From NCBI GenBank assembly GCA_902799985.1, contig CADCCR010000011.1:153-64152 (forward strand): DNA of 64,000 nt. Reading direction: 5' to 3'. The position numbers and the translations under genes are program-made. The first letter of the stretch is position 1; each line of letters begins with the position of its first letter. The notes beneath the pieces were generated by a model. That model did not search any database. It was not told the DNA's origin and saw only the letters and a program-made list of their open reading frames with translations. Below are positions 19,491 through 29,799 of this stretch, in pieces. This DNA comes from an uncultured Bacteroidales bacterium. GTDB taxonomy: Bacteria; Bacteroidota; Bacteroidia; Bacteroidales; Bacteroidaceae.

Positions 19491-20915
19491 TTAATGGTTG
19501 TTGACGGTCTTGAGGACTTCTTCGTCTATCTCGAAGGCATAGCGTTTGCGCAGTTCTGCCACGAACTCGTCTTCCTTGAGGTGCTGGTAGTCGCTCACTA
19601 CCTGACTGCTGACGTCGGTCCATTGGGCGGGACCCTTCTTGAGTACCTTGCCGAAGACGCCGACGTGCGGATAGTTCTTCACGGGCTTCAGCTCAGCATC
19701 CTTCACCTTGAAGGCCAGACGGTCTACGTTGGAATTGTCGCCCTTCTTGAAGACGCGACGCTCCACGCGCACCATGATGCTGTCCTTGTTGAATGTCTCG
19801 CGTATGGCTCCCATCCACTGGTCCTGCGGCAGCTTCTTGACGAGCTTCTGCACGGCCTTGATGTCGGCAGCATCCTTGCAATAGTAGGCCATGCCGCTGT
19901 AGTGCGGTTCGTCCCAGGCATACTGCTTCTTGTTCTTCTTGAAGTAGGTCTGCAGAGCCAGTGTGTCCTTGGCAGCAGGTTCCCAGATGCGTCTGTTGCA
20001 TTCCTCGAAGAGGAGAAGTCCGTCGTGGTATTCCTGTACCAGATACTTCAGTTCGCTGTCCTTGGCGCAGAACTCTTCGGTCTTCTCGTCGAGGATTTGT
20101 TCTATGGTTTTCTGTTCTTCGCCCTGACTGGCGAGAGAGTCGAGGACCTGCTGTGCCAGTTGCTGTTCGATGCCTTGGCTGTCGAGGTACTTCATAATCA
20201 TGTCGTGCAGTTCCTCGTAGGTCTCGAGGTCTTTCTTGCCGATGAGCTTGATGATGTCGTAGCCGATGGGCATGAGGAAGGGTTCGCTTATCTCGTTCAC
20301 CTCGAGTGAATAGGCAACGTCCTCAAACTCCTTCATCACCTGATTGGGACCAATCCATGGCAGCATGCCGCCGCGTCCTGCCGAGCCCGGGTCCTGCGAC
20401 ACCTGCTTGGCCATTTCGGCAAAGTCGGCGCCGTCCTTCAGAGCCTGATAGACCGAGTCGATGGTTGCTTTGGCCTTGGTGCGGTCGTCTTCTGTGGCAT
20501 CCTGTGCCAGACGTATCAGGATGTGTGCGGGCTGCAGGAGTTGCTTGCCGTCGAGGCGGGTCAGCATGCCGTCGTAGTAGGCGCGGCATTCGGTTTCCTT
20601 TGCCCCCTCGGGAACCAGCAGCGGACGTATCTGCTGGTCGCGGTAGGTGCGGAACTCCTTTTGGTAGCTTGAGAGCGTGTCGAGGTGGTCGTCAAGAGCT
20701 GCGAGCACCTTGAGCTTATAGTTCACGAAGAGTTGGGCGTATTCCTCGACGTTCTTCTTGTCGATGACGCCCTCGGAGTTGTTCTTGTTGTAGTTGTATT
20801 CGAATTCGCTGCGTGTGACGGGCACTCCGCCGATGCGCATTACGATGGGGTCTTCCTGGGCGGCAGCCGTCATTGTCAGGGCTGCCAGCGCAAAGCATGT
20901 GAGTATCTTTTTCAT
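19491..20915 (-). CDS. PpiC-type peptidyl-prolyl cis-trans isomerase
   Basis: Signal peptide, and the parvulin motif ...SQDPGSAGRGGMLPWIGPNQVMKEFEDVAYSL... Confidence 0.85.
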   Translation of the reverse strand: MKKILTCFALAALTMTAAAQEDPIVMRIGGVPVTRSEFEYNYNKNNSEGVIDKKNVEEYAQLFVNYKLKVLAALDDHLDTLSSYQKEFRTYRDQQIRPLLVPEGAKETECRAYYDGMLTRLDGKQLLQPAHILIRLAQDATEDDRTKAKATIDSVYQALKDGADFAEMAKQVSQDPGSAGRGGMLPWIGPNQVMKEFEDVAYSLEVNEISEPFLMPIGYDIIKLIGKKDLETYEELHDMIMKYLDSQGIEQQLAQQVLDSLASQGEEQKTIEQILDEKTEEFCAKDSELKYLVQEYHDGLLLFEECNRRIWEPAAKDTLALQTYFKKNKKQYAWDEPHYSGMAYYCKDAADIKAVQKLVKKLPQDQWMGAIRETFNKDSIMVRVERRVFKKGDNSNVDRLAFKVKDAELKPVKNYPHVGVFGKVLKKGPAQWTDVSSQVVSDYQHLKEDEFVAELRKRYAFEIDEEVLKTVNNH

Positions 20916-20948
20916 TTACGATATTAATATTATTGTCATTCTTTCTTT

Positions 20949-20990
20949 CGTTATGACGTTATGACGTTATGACGAAATAACGTTATGACG
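20949..20990. repeat. Octamer tandem repeat (GTTATGAC, four units) upstream of the PPIase start
   Basis: cgttatgacgttatgacgttatgacgaaataacgttatgacg. Confidence 0.8.
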
Positions 20991-21009
20991 CCTCTACTTT
21001 GTGTGAAGC

Positions 21010-22614
<1,605 letters not shown>

Positions 22615-22685
22615 TTACACAGGAAAAAGGGGCATAAATGCAAAAAAAATTGAAGAAAAGTGTCGTGCTTGTCACTATTATTTAG

Positions 22686-22693
22686 TATCTTTG
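22686..22693 (+). promoter_or_regulatory. -7 box (TATCTTTG) for the polyferredoxin gene
   Basis: Matches TAnnTTTG, 42 nt upstream of the ATG at 22735. Confidence 0.5.
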
Positions 22694-22734
22694 TGCCGAT
22701 GTTTCTGAAAAATAATCAAGAATAGTTATATGTT

Positions 22735-24312
22735 ATGCTAAGAAAAATCCGTTTGACACTTGCTATCCTCTTTTGGGTGCTCATCACTTGGCTGCTTGTG
22801 GACTTCACCGGCACGGCACATGTCTACCTGGGATGGATGGCTAAAATTCAGTTTGTGCCGGCTCTGTTGGCACTGAATGTTGGAGCATTGCTCTTTGTGG
22901 TGACCCTGACGCTGCTCATGGGGCGCATCTATTGTTCTGTCATCTGCCCGTTGGGCGTGATGCAGGATGCTATCGCATGGCTGCGTCCTGGGAAGAACAA
23001 GTACAGCTTCTCGCCGGCTAAGACGACGTTGCGCTACACACTTCTCGTCGTGGCCTGCGCTGCCTTGGTCCTCAACGTGGCTTGGCTGGGCGGACTCATC
23101 TTCCCATACAGCACCTACGGCCGCATCGTCTCTGTCTGTGTGGCTCCCCTCTACAAGCTGGCCAACAACGGCCTTGCTGCTCTTGCCGAGCACTATGGCA
23201 GCTATGCCTTCTACGAGGTGGACGTCTGGCTGAAGAGCGTCACAGCCCTCGTCGTGGCACTCCTGACGTGGGCCGTCATTGCCGTGCTGGCCTGGAAGAA
23301 CGGCCGCACCTGGTGCAACACCATCTGTCCCGTAGGCACGCTGCTCGGCCTTATCAGCAGACATTCGTATCTCAGAATGACAATCGATGCCGACAAGTGC
23401 AAGAACTGTCGCAAGTGCGAGCGTAACTGCAAGGCAGCCTGCATCGACCTGAAGACGCACACCGTCGACCTCTCCCGTTGCGTGGTTTGCGGCGACTGCG
23501 AGGGGCAGTGCAAGTTCGATGCGTTGCATTTCACAAGCCTGAGTCCACAGACCCCCTCTAACTCCCCCTCAAAGGAGGAGGATTCCGGGCAGAAAGTCTT
23601 CCCTTCAAAGGGAGATTTAGAAGGGTCTCGCCGTGCAGCCCTGACCAGCATCGCCCTTCTTGCCGGCACAGCCCTCGCAAAGGCACAGAGCAAGGTGGAG
23701 CCTAAGACCACCGACGGCGGCCTGGCCGACATCATCAAGAAGGAGAAGTCGAAGCGCGACAAGCTCATCACACCTCCCGGCTCGCTCTCTATCCGCAACC
23801 TTCGCACCCATTGCACGGCTTGTCAGCTCTGCATCGATGCCTGTCCCAACGACGTGCTGCGTCCCAGCAGCAGCCTGGACCGCTTCATGCAGCCCGAGGT
23901 GAGCTTCGAGCGCGGCTATTGCCGACCCGAGTGCAACCGCTGTTCGCAGGTCTGCCCCACATCGGCCATCCAGCCCGTCACCGTGGAGCAGCGCACAGCC
24001 ATACAGGTGGGTCATGCTGTCTGGACGCGTGAGCTCTGCATCCCCGTCAGGGACGAAAAGCCCTGCGGACTCTGTGCCCGCAAGTGTCCTGCACAGGCCA
24101 TCCAGATGGTGCCCCTGCAGGCTGGCGTCCATCAGGACGGATGGCGCTGGCGCGATGCCGACAATCAGGAGATACCGCGCGAGAAGGTTCTGCTCATCCC
24201 CGTCGTGAACGAGGAGAAGTGCATCGGCTGCGGTGCCTGCGAGAACCTCTGCCCATCGAACCCCCTGAGCGCCATTCATGTGGAAGGACACGAGGTACAC
24301 AGAGAGATATAA
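22735..24312 (+). CDS. Membrane polyferredoxin with a NapH-like N-terminal half and a NapG-like C-terminal half
   Basis: The N-terminal half has transmembrane helices with two CX3CP motifs (YCSVICPLG, WCNTICPVG) and two CxxCxxCxxxC clusters. The C-terminal half has four more cluster motifs (CTACQLCIDACP, CNRCSQVCP, CGLCARKCP, CIGCGACENLCP). Confidence 0.8.
   Translation: MLRKIRLTLAILFWVLITWLLVDFTGTAHVYLGWMAKIQFVPALLALNVGALLFVVTLTLLMGRIYCSVICPLGVMQDAIAWLRPGKNKYSFSPAKTTLRYTLLVVACAALVLNVAWLGGLIFPYSTYGRIVSVCVAPLYKLANNGLAALAEHYGSYAFYEVDVWLKSVTALVVALLTWAVIAVLAWKNGRTWCNTICPVGTLLGLISRHSYLRMTIDADKCKNCRKCERNCKAACIDLKTHTVDLSRCVVCGDCEGQCKFDALHFTSLSPQTPSNSPSKEEDSGQKVFPSKGDLEGSRRAALTSIALLAGTALAKAQSKVEPKTTDGGLADIIKKEKSKRDKLITPPGSLSIRNLRTHCTACQLCIDACPNDVLRPSSSLDRFMQPEVSFERGYCRPECNRCSQVCPTSAIQPVTVEQRTAIQVGHAVWTRELCIPVRDEKPCGLCARKCPAQAIQMVPLQAGVHQDGWRWRDADNQEIPREKVLLIPVVNEEKCIGCGACENLCPSNPLSAIHVEGHEVHREI
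23552..23628. repeat. Two degenerate copies of the GC-rich palindromic element, in frame, forming the inter-domain linker
   Basis: ccccctctaactccccctcaaaggaggagg (23552-23581) and agtcttcccttcaaagggagatttagaagggtc (23596-23628). They translate as TPSNSPSKEEDSGQKVFPSKGDLEG. Confidence 0.6.
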
Positions 24313-24383
24313 AGCCTCGTCAAAGGGGAAGAAAGTGTTATACCGTAATACCGTTATAACGTCATAACGAAAAACATACCAGA

Positions 24384-25799
24384 ATGAAAAAATATATTGA
24401 CAGACGAGACTTCCTCAAAGTCTCTGGCACCACGGCTGCTACGGCGGCTTTGGCATCATGTGGCATACAAGGCGGCAACGCTGACGGCGAGGTGGACTAC
24501 ATGGGACACCACGAAGGCCCCATTCCATCGGACAAAATGACCTATCGCACCAACCCCAAGCAGGGCGACAAGGTCAGTCTGCTGGGCTATGGATGGATGC
24601 GCCTGCCGACCATGAAGAACGGCAGTGCCCGCACACAGGAGAACGTCAGCGGCGACGCCCTGGACCAGGAACAGATAAACCGCCTCTGCAAGTTTGCCCT
24701 CGACCACGGCGTCAACTACTTCGACACATCGCCGGCCTATTGCCGCGGACAAAGCGAGCAGAGCCTGGGCATCGCCCTGGAGGCCAGCGGATACAAGCGC
24801 AGCGACTATTTCATCGCCACGAAGCTCTCCAACTTCTCGCCCTCGCAATATGACTTCGAGGAGGGCAAGGCCATGTTCGAGCGCAGCCTGGAGTTCCTGA
24901 AGACCGACTACATCGACTATCTGCTCCTGCACAGCATTGGCGGCGGTGGCATGGGGCCTGTCCATCAGCGCTACCTCGACAACGGACTGCTCGACTGGCT
25001 CGTGGAACAGCGTGAAGCAGGCCGCATCCGCAACCTCGGCTTCTCGTTCCATGGCGACGTCGCCGTCTTCGACTGGGCCCTCGCACACCACGACCAGTAT
25101 CACTGGGACTTCGTGCAGATTCAGGCCAACTACGTCGACTGGAACAACGAGCAGGACAAGGGACGCTCCGGCAAGTACCTCTACGAAGAACTGGTGAGGC
25201 GGAACATCCCCGTCGTTATCATGGAGCCCCTGCTCGGCGGACGTCTGTCGAAGGTGCCCGACCACGTCGTGGCGCACTTCAAGCAGCGCAAGCCGGAGGA
25301 CAGCGTGGCTTCGTGGGCCTTCCGCTACATCGGCTCCAAACCCGCCGTGCTCACCGTGCTCAGCGGCATGACGTATATGGAACACCTGGAGGACAACCTG
25401 CGCACATACTCTCCCCTGGAACCTCTCACCGTGGAGGAGCAGGACTGGCTGGAGAACGAGACGGCAACGCTCATCAAGAGCTATCCCACCATCGATTGCA
25501 ACGACTGCAATTACTGCATGCCGTGCCCCTACGGACTCAACATCCCTGCCATCTTCGTACATTATAATAAATGTGTGAACCAAGGTAACGTGCCCGAGAG
25601 CCAGCAGGCCGAGAACTACCAGAAGGCACGCCGTGCTTTCCTCATCGGCTACGACCGTAGTGTGCCCCGTCTCCGCCAGGCCAACCACTGCATCCAGTGC
25701 CGCGAGTGCGTCAGTCACTGCCCGCAGCAAATCGACATCCCGCGCGAACTGCAACGTATTGACAGCTTCGTCGAGAAGCTCAAGCAAGGCACGCTCTGA
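24384..25799 (+). CDS. Tat-signal aldo/keto reductase with a C-terminal Fe-S (ferredoxin-like) cysteine module
   Basis: The N-terminus MKKYIDRRDFLKVSGTTAATAALASCG has a twin-arginine motif plus a lipobox-like ASC. An AKR core follows (GVNYFDTSPAYCRGQSE). The C-terminus has CNDCNYCMPCP and CIQCRECVSHCP. Confidence 0.85.
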   Translation: MKKYIDRRDFLKVSGTTAATAALASCGIQGGNADGEVDYMGHHEGPIPSDKMTYRTNPKQGDKVSLLGYGWMRLPTMKNGSARTQENVSGDALDQEQINRLCKFALDHGVNYFDTSPAYCRGQSEQSLGIALEASGYKRSDYFIATKLSNFSPSQYDFEEGKAMFERSLEFLKTDYIDYLLLHSIGGGGMGPVHQRYLDNGLLDWLVEQREAGRIRNLGFSFHGDVAVFDWALAHHDQYHWDFVQIQANYVDWNNEQDKGRSGKYLYEELVRRNIPVVIMEPLLGGRLSKVPDHVVAHFKQRKPEDSVASWAFRYIGSKPAVLTVLSGMTYMEHLEDNLRTYSPLEPLTVEEQDWLENETATLIKSYPTIDCNDCNYCMPCPYGLNIPAIFVHYNKCVNQGNVPESQQAENYQKARRAFLIGYDRSVPRLRQANHCIQCRECVSHCPQQIDIPRELQRIDSFVEKLKQGTL

Positions 25800-25805
25800 G
25801 GAAAC

Positions 25806-25853
25806 CTCCCTGCGCTTCCTAAGCGCCCTGCGCTTCCGCAATAAGCGCACGCC
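25806..25853. repeat. Short 22-bp hairpin array (about 2 units) after the AKR stop
   Basis: cctgcgcttcctaagcgccctgcgcttccgcaataagcgcacgcc. This is the same family as 12695-12835 in the opposite orientation. Confidence 0.8.
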
Positions 25854-25871
25854 GTGTAGGAAACAAAAAAA

Positions 25872-25900
25872 GCCCCTTCCCGAATCTCCCGGGAAGGGGC
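25872..25900. terminator. Bidirectional intrinsic-terminator-like hairpin between convergent genes
   Basis: GCCCCTTCCCG-aatctcc-CGGGAAGGGGC is flanked by an A-run (25861-25871) and by cTTTcTgTTTg. Confidence 0.7.
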
Positions 25901-25922
25901 TTTCTGTTTGTCCTGTTGTCGT

Positions 25923-28163
25923 TTACTTCTTCTCGCTCATGGTGAAGTCGAGTGTGCCGCCGGCAATGAGCTGCTGGTGCGTGAGCTTCCAGTCGGTTAT
26001 CTTCTGTCCGTTCAGTTTCACACCCTTCACGTAGATGGCCTTGTCCGATTTGCGCGGTGCGTTGATGACAAGGTCCTTGCCGCCCGGCATGTGCATGACT
26101 GCACGACGGAACAGCGGCGTGCCGATGACGAACTCTGCCGAGCCTGCGTTGAAGGGGTAGAAGCCCAACGAGGAGAATATGTACCAGGCCGACATCTGTC
26201 CGCAGTCGTCGTTGCCGGCATAGCCGCAGGGAGTGGCGTTGTAGAACGTACTGCGCACCTGTTCCACCAGCTCCTGTGTGCGCCAGGGCTGACCCGCGAA
26301 GTTATATAGGTATACGGTGTGGTGGCTTGGCTCGTTGCCATGGGCATATTGTCCGATGAAACCGCTCGCATTGCCGTTCACTTCGCCGCTCGTTTCGGTC
26401 AGCGTGAAGTTCTTGTTGAGCTTCTCGATGAACGGCTTCACACCGCCGAAAAGGTCGATGAGTCCTTGCGGATTCTGCGGCACGAACCACATGTATTGCC
26501 AGGCGTTGCCCTCCACGAAGCAGGGATTCTCGTAGCTCAGGGGGTCGAATGGCTCTATCCAGTTGCCTTTATCGTCCTTCGGCTGGAAGAATCCTGTGGC
26601 CGGATTGAACAAGTTGCGGTAGTACTCGCTGCGCTTGCTGAAGCGTTCAAAATCGCCCATTTTACCGAGCTTTTTTGCCACAGCTGCCACGCACCAGTCG
26701 TCGAAGGCTTGCTCCATCGTGATGCTGACGCTGACGTTCTGCTTGTTCTGCGGCATGTAGCCGTACTCTTCCCACACCTCGAAGGGACTGTTGGGGTGCG
26801 TGCGTGTGCTGCTCTCCACCATTGCGCGGTAGGCACGTTCCACGTCGAGGCCCGGCAGCTCGGACAGGATGGCGTCGGCCACAACGGGGATGGCATGATT
26901 GCCTATCATGCAGTAGTTGTCCTGTCCCCAGAGGTCCCAGATGGGCAGGTAGCCGTATGTCTCGTGATGCAGCACCATATCACGGACGAACTGCACGGCG
27001 ATGTTGGGGTAGAGGAGCGTGTAGAGGGGATGGGCGGCACGGAAGGTGTCCCACAGACTGAACGTGCTATGATAGGCCTGACCCTTTGGCATCTGCTTGA
27101 TTTCGAAGTTGGTGTCCATGTAGCGGCCGTCCACGTCGCTGACTGTGTTGGGCTGCATGAGAACGTGGTAGAGGCCGGTGTAGAAGATGGTCTTCTGTTC
27201 GTCGGTGCCTTCGATGTCGATGGTGGAGAGTTCCTTCTCCCAGGCATCGTGCGCGGCCTTGGTATAGTAGTTGAAATCCCACGACTGTGCCTCTGCCTGC
27301 ATGTTGCGGCGGGCACCGTCGTTGTCAACGGCCGAAATGGCAACCTTCACCATCACTTCCTTGCCAGCCTTCTCGTCGAAGTGGAGCGCTGCACGCAGCG
27401 TCTTGCCATTGACGACGTCGCTGCCGCCGGCATTGCGCCCGCCGTCCATCAGGATGCGGCTTGCTATGGGGCGTGAGAACTCGGCGCGGAAATACACCTT
27501 GCGCAGCTTTGCCCAGCCCGTCACGACGCGGAAGCCTTCGATGGTCTTGTCGTCGAGCACACGTATCTGGCTTTGGATAATCTGATAGGCACGTCGCCCG
27601 GAGTAATAGGCATCGCCTCGCCAGGTCATTCTGTCGAGGTCGAGGATAATATTTTGCTCCATTCCATCGGGGAAAACGTACTTGTGGATGCCGGCGTGAA
27701 CTGTGGCCGACAGCTCTACGTGGATGTTTTCGCCGCCCAGCAGGTCGACTGAATAGAAGCCAGGTGCAGCACTTTCCTTGTCGTGCTTGAAAGGCAATGC
27801 GAAGATGCCCTTGCGCAGCAGGTCGGGTGTGACACGCTTGACGGTAGGCATCAGCGAGATGTCGATGAGGTCGGTACAGCCAGTGCCGCTGAGGTGTGTG
27901 TGCGTGAAGCCGAAGATGGAGTCGCGGTTGTAGTCGTAGCCGCAGCAGGGGTCCCACGTGACGTATTGCTCTGTCTCGGGAGCCAACTGTACCATGCCCT
28001 GAGGCATCGTGGGGCCTGGGAAGGTGCTGCCGCTCAAGGCGCCAGTGTCATCGGTCTGAGTCCCGATGAAGGGGTTGACGTACTTCGTGTAGTCCACTGC
28101 CACACCGCTCAATGCAAAGCAGGCTGTGAGGCATATCGCTGCTATTCGTTTTGGGTAGAACAT
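25923..28163 (-). CDS. GH92 family alpha-mannosidase
   Basis: Signal peptide, YVNPFIGTQTDD...GSTFPGPTMPQGMVQLAPET, and ...HGNEPSHH..., typical of GH92. Length 746 aa. Confidence 0.9.
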   Translation of the reverse strand: MFYPKRIAAICLTACFALSGVAVDYTKYVNPFIGTQTDDTGALSGSTFPGPTMPQGMVQLAPETEQYVTWDPCCGYDYNRDSIFGFTHTHLSGTGCTDLIDISLMPTVKRVTPDLLRKGIFALPFKHDKESAAPGFYSVDLLGGENIHVELSATVHAGIHKYVFPDGMEQNIILDLDRMTWRGDAYYSGRRAYQIIQSQIRVLDDKTIEGFRVVTGWAKLRKVYFRAEFSRPIASRILMDGGRNAGGSDVVNGKTLRAALHFDEKAGKEVMVKVAISAVDNDGARRNMQAEAQSWDFNYYTKAAHDAWEKELSTIDIEGTDEQKTIFYTGLYHVLMQPNTVSDVDGRYMDTNFEIKQMPKGQAYHSTFSLWDTFRAAHPLYTLLYPNIAVQFVRDMVLHHETYGYLPIWDLWGQDNYCMIGNHAIPVVADAILSELPGLDVERAYRAMVESSTRTHPNSPFEVWEEYGYMPQNKQNVSVSITMEQAFDDWCVAAVAKKLGKMGDFERFSKRSEYYRNLFNPATGFFQPKDDKGNWIEPFDPLSYENPCFVEGNAWQYMWFVPQNPQGLIDLFGGVKPFIEKLNKNFTLTETSGEVNGNASGFIGQYAHGNEPSHHTVYLYNFAGQPWRTQELVEQVRSTFYNATPCGYAGNDDCGQMSAWYIFSSLGFYPFNAGSAEFVIGTPLFRRAVMHMPGGKDLVINAPRKSDKAIYVKGVKLNGQKITDWKLTHQQLIAGGTLDFTMSEKK

Positions 28164-28234
28164 GTTAAATAAGTTTTAATGATTGTGCAAAGTTCGGGAA
28201 ATCTTTTGTTTTTTGCAAAGAAATATATAATTTT

Positions 28235-28699
28235 GTGGCGAAAATCGAACGAACAATATATATAAATATGTTATACTATCCTCTCCTTGCCCTAATGTTC
28301 CCGTTCATGCAGGCCGACACAGCACGCGTCGACACCTCCCGGACCGACAACACCATCCGCGTCGACACCCTAAAAGAATTGGAGGTGCGTGGCGACTCAG
28401 TCCTGCGTGTCAACGAGGCGATTCGCCAAACGATAGGCAGGGAGTTGAAAAGCCGTCAGGGAACTCCCACCTTGAGCGATGTCATCGGCGGCAAGGCCAC
28501 TGACGTGATTATGCACCCCTTCGCCATAAAGGACCGCAAGCGGGAACGCAAACATGCGCGCGACCGGAAGATTCTGGAAGAGTACGAAAAGTTGGGACGC
28601 ATAAAGACCTTCGAGGAACTCCTCGACGAGGCTATCCGCCAGCAGGCCATCGATGACGGCATAGAACCGCCTACGCGCTCCGGCAAGAAAAACAAATAA
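28235..28699 (+). CDS. Hypothetical protein (start may be the Met at 28268)
   Basis: Open frame with a hydrophobic N-terminus MLYYPLLALMFPFMQA and a basic C-terminal half. I recognise no family. Confidence 0.45.
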   Translation: MAKIERTIYINMLYYPLLALMFPFMQADTARVDTSRTDNTIRVDTLKELEVRGDSVLRVNEAIRQTIGRELKSRQGTPTLSDVIGGKATDVIMHPFAIKDRKRERKHARDRKILEEYEKLGRIKTFEELLDEAIRQQAIDDGIEPPTRSGKKNK

Positions 28700-28708
28700 A
28701 CCAGTGTC

Positions 28709-29554
28709 TTGAACTTGAATAAGGTAACTCCTGCTATTCTTACGTTGCTAATCTTCCTTTTGATGCAAGGGATTGGCACAGCGGCCCTCTTTGGCATGGG
28801 CATCCTTATCTCGCCTGAATTCGCTACAGCCCTCAGCGAATATGTCAGCGGTGCGACGGACGAACTGCCATTGCTCAATGTGTTGCCCGTTTCGCTCTTC
28901 GCGTTGACGCTGATGGCTACCAACATATTGACTGTTCTTGCCTGCCGTCGCATACTGCATAACATCTGTTTCAAGTCGGCTTTCGACTATGCTTCTGTCA
29001 ACTGGCAGCCTGGCATATTGGCTTTGTCCGGTGGCATCTTGGGCGCCATTGGCATGTCGGTCCTGACCGATTCTGTCGAGATGCCCGACTCCATGCAACA
29101 GGCTTCGCTGGCTTTGTCGCGCAATGTGTGGGGCCTGCTTGCGATTGTTATCGTAGGCCCCGTCACAGAGGAACTTCTCTTTCGGGAGGCCATAGCAGGC
29201 GAGATGTTGCGCAGGGGAGCTGGTCCTTGGGTGGCGATCCTGACCTCTGCATTGGCATTCAGCATCGTGCACTTCAACTTTGCACAAGGCATCTATGCCC
29301 TTCCCCTCGGCATTCTTTTGGGAATTATCTATTTCAAGACGGGAAACATCGTGCTCTCTTCCCTGCTACACATTATTAATAATAGTATTGTCGTACTTCA
29401 ACTGTACATCGTTGGCGAAGAATTTGTCAATACTTCTTATGCGGAACTGTTTGGAGGGATGTTGATACCTTATATAATTATGACGTTTAGCATCGTGTTT
29501 TGTTGCTTTCTTATGTGTGCATTTTGGAGGCATTATGTACCATTCGCAACATAG
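28709..29554 (+). CDS. CPBP family intramembrane glutamic endopeptidase (CAAX protease-like)
   Basis: Multiple transmembrane helices with GPVTEELLFREAI, FSIVHFNF and LLHIINNS motifs. The annotated start is TTG, and an in-frame stop at 28697 excludes a longer ORF. Confidence 0.75.
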   Translation: MNLNKVTPAILTLLIFLLMQGIGTAALFGMGILISPEFATALSEYVSGATDELPLLNVLPVSLFALTLMATNILTVLACRRILHNICFKSAFDYASVNWQPGILALSGGILGAIGMSVLTDSVEMPDSMQQASLALSRNVWGLLAIVIVGPVTEELLFREAIAGEMLRRGAGPWVAILTSALAFSIVHFNFAQGIYALPLGILLGIIYFKTGNIVLSSLLHIINNSIVVLQLYIVGEEFVNTSYAELFGGMLIPYIIMTFSIVFCCFLMCAFWRHYVPFAT

Positions 29555-29680
29555 CGAACAATGGAAGTAAATTGATAAGATAGGTGGAAAATGTAGGTTA
29601 AAATTCTAAAATATGCAATAAGTTTTGTTAAAATAGCTTAAACGCCCTTCTTTCCTCATCTTTATTTCGCCGTATTGTCT

Positions 29681-29688
29681 TACCTTTG
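29681..29688 (+). promoter_or_regulatory. -7 box (TACCTTTG) upstream of the giant lipoprotein gene
   Basis: Matches TAnnTTTG and implies a 5' leader of about 105 nt. The leader contains the hairpin CACCCaaaaGGGTG. Confidence 0.45.
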
Positions 29689-29799
29689 CCAAACAATAGC
29701 ACCCAAAAGGGTGTACTATGCAGATATGAGAAAAAAGTTTAAGTAGAAAACGTATTAACTAAACTCAAACATAATTTATATAAACAAACTTATTAAAAA

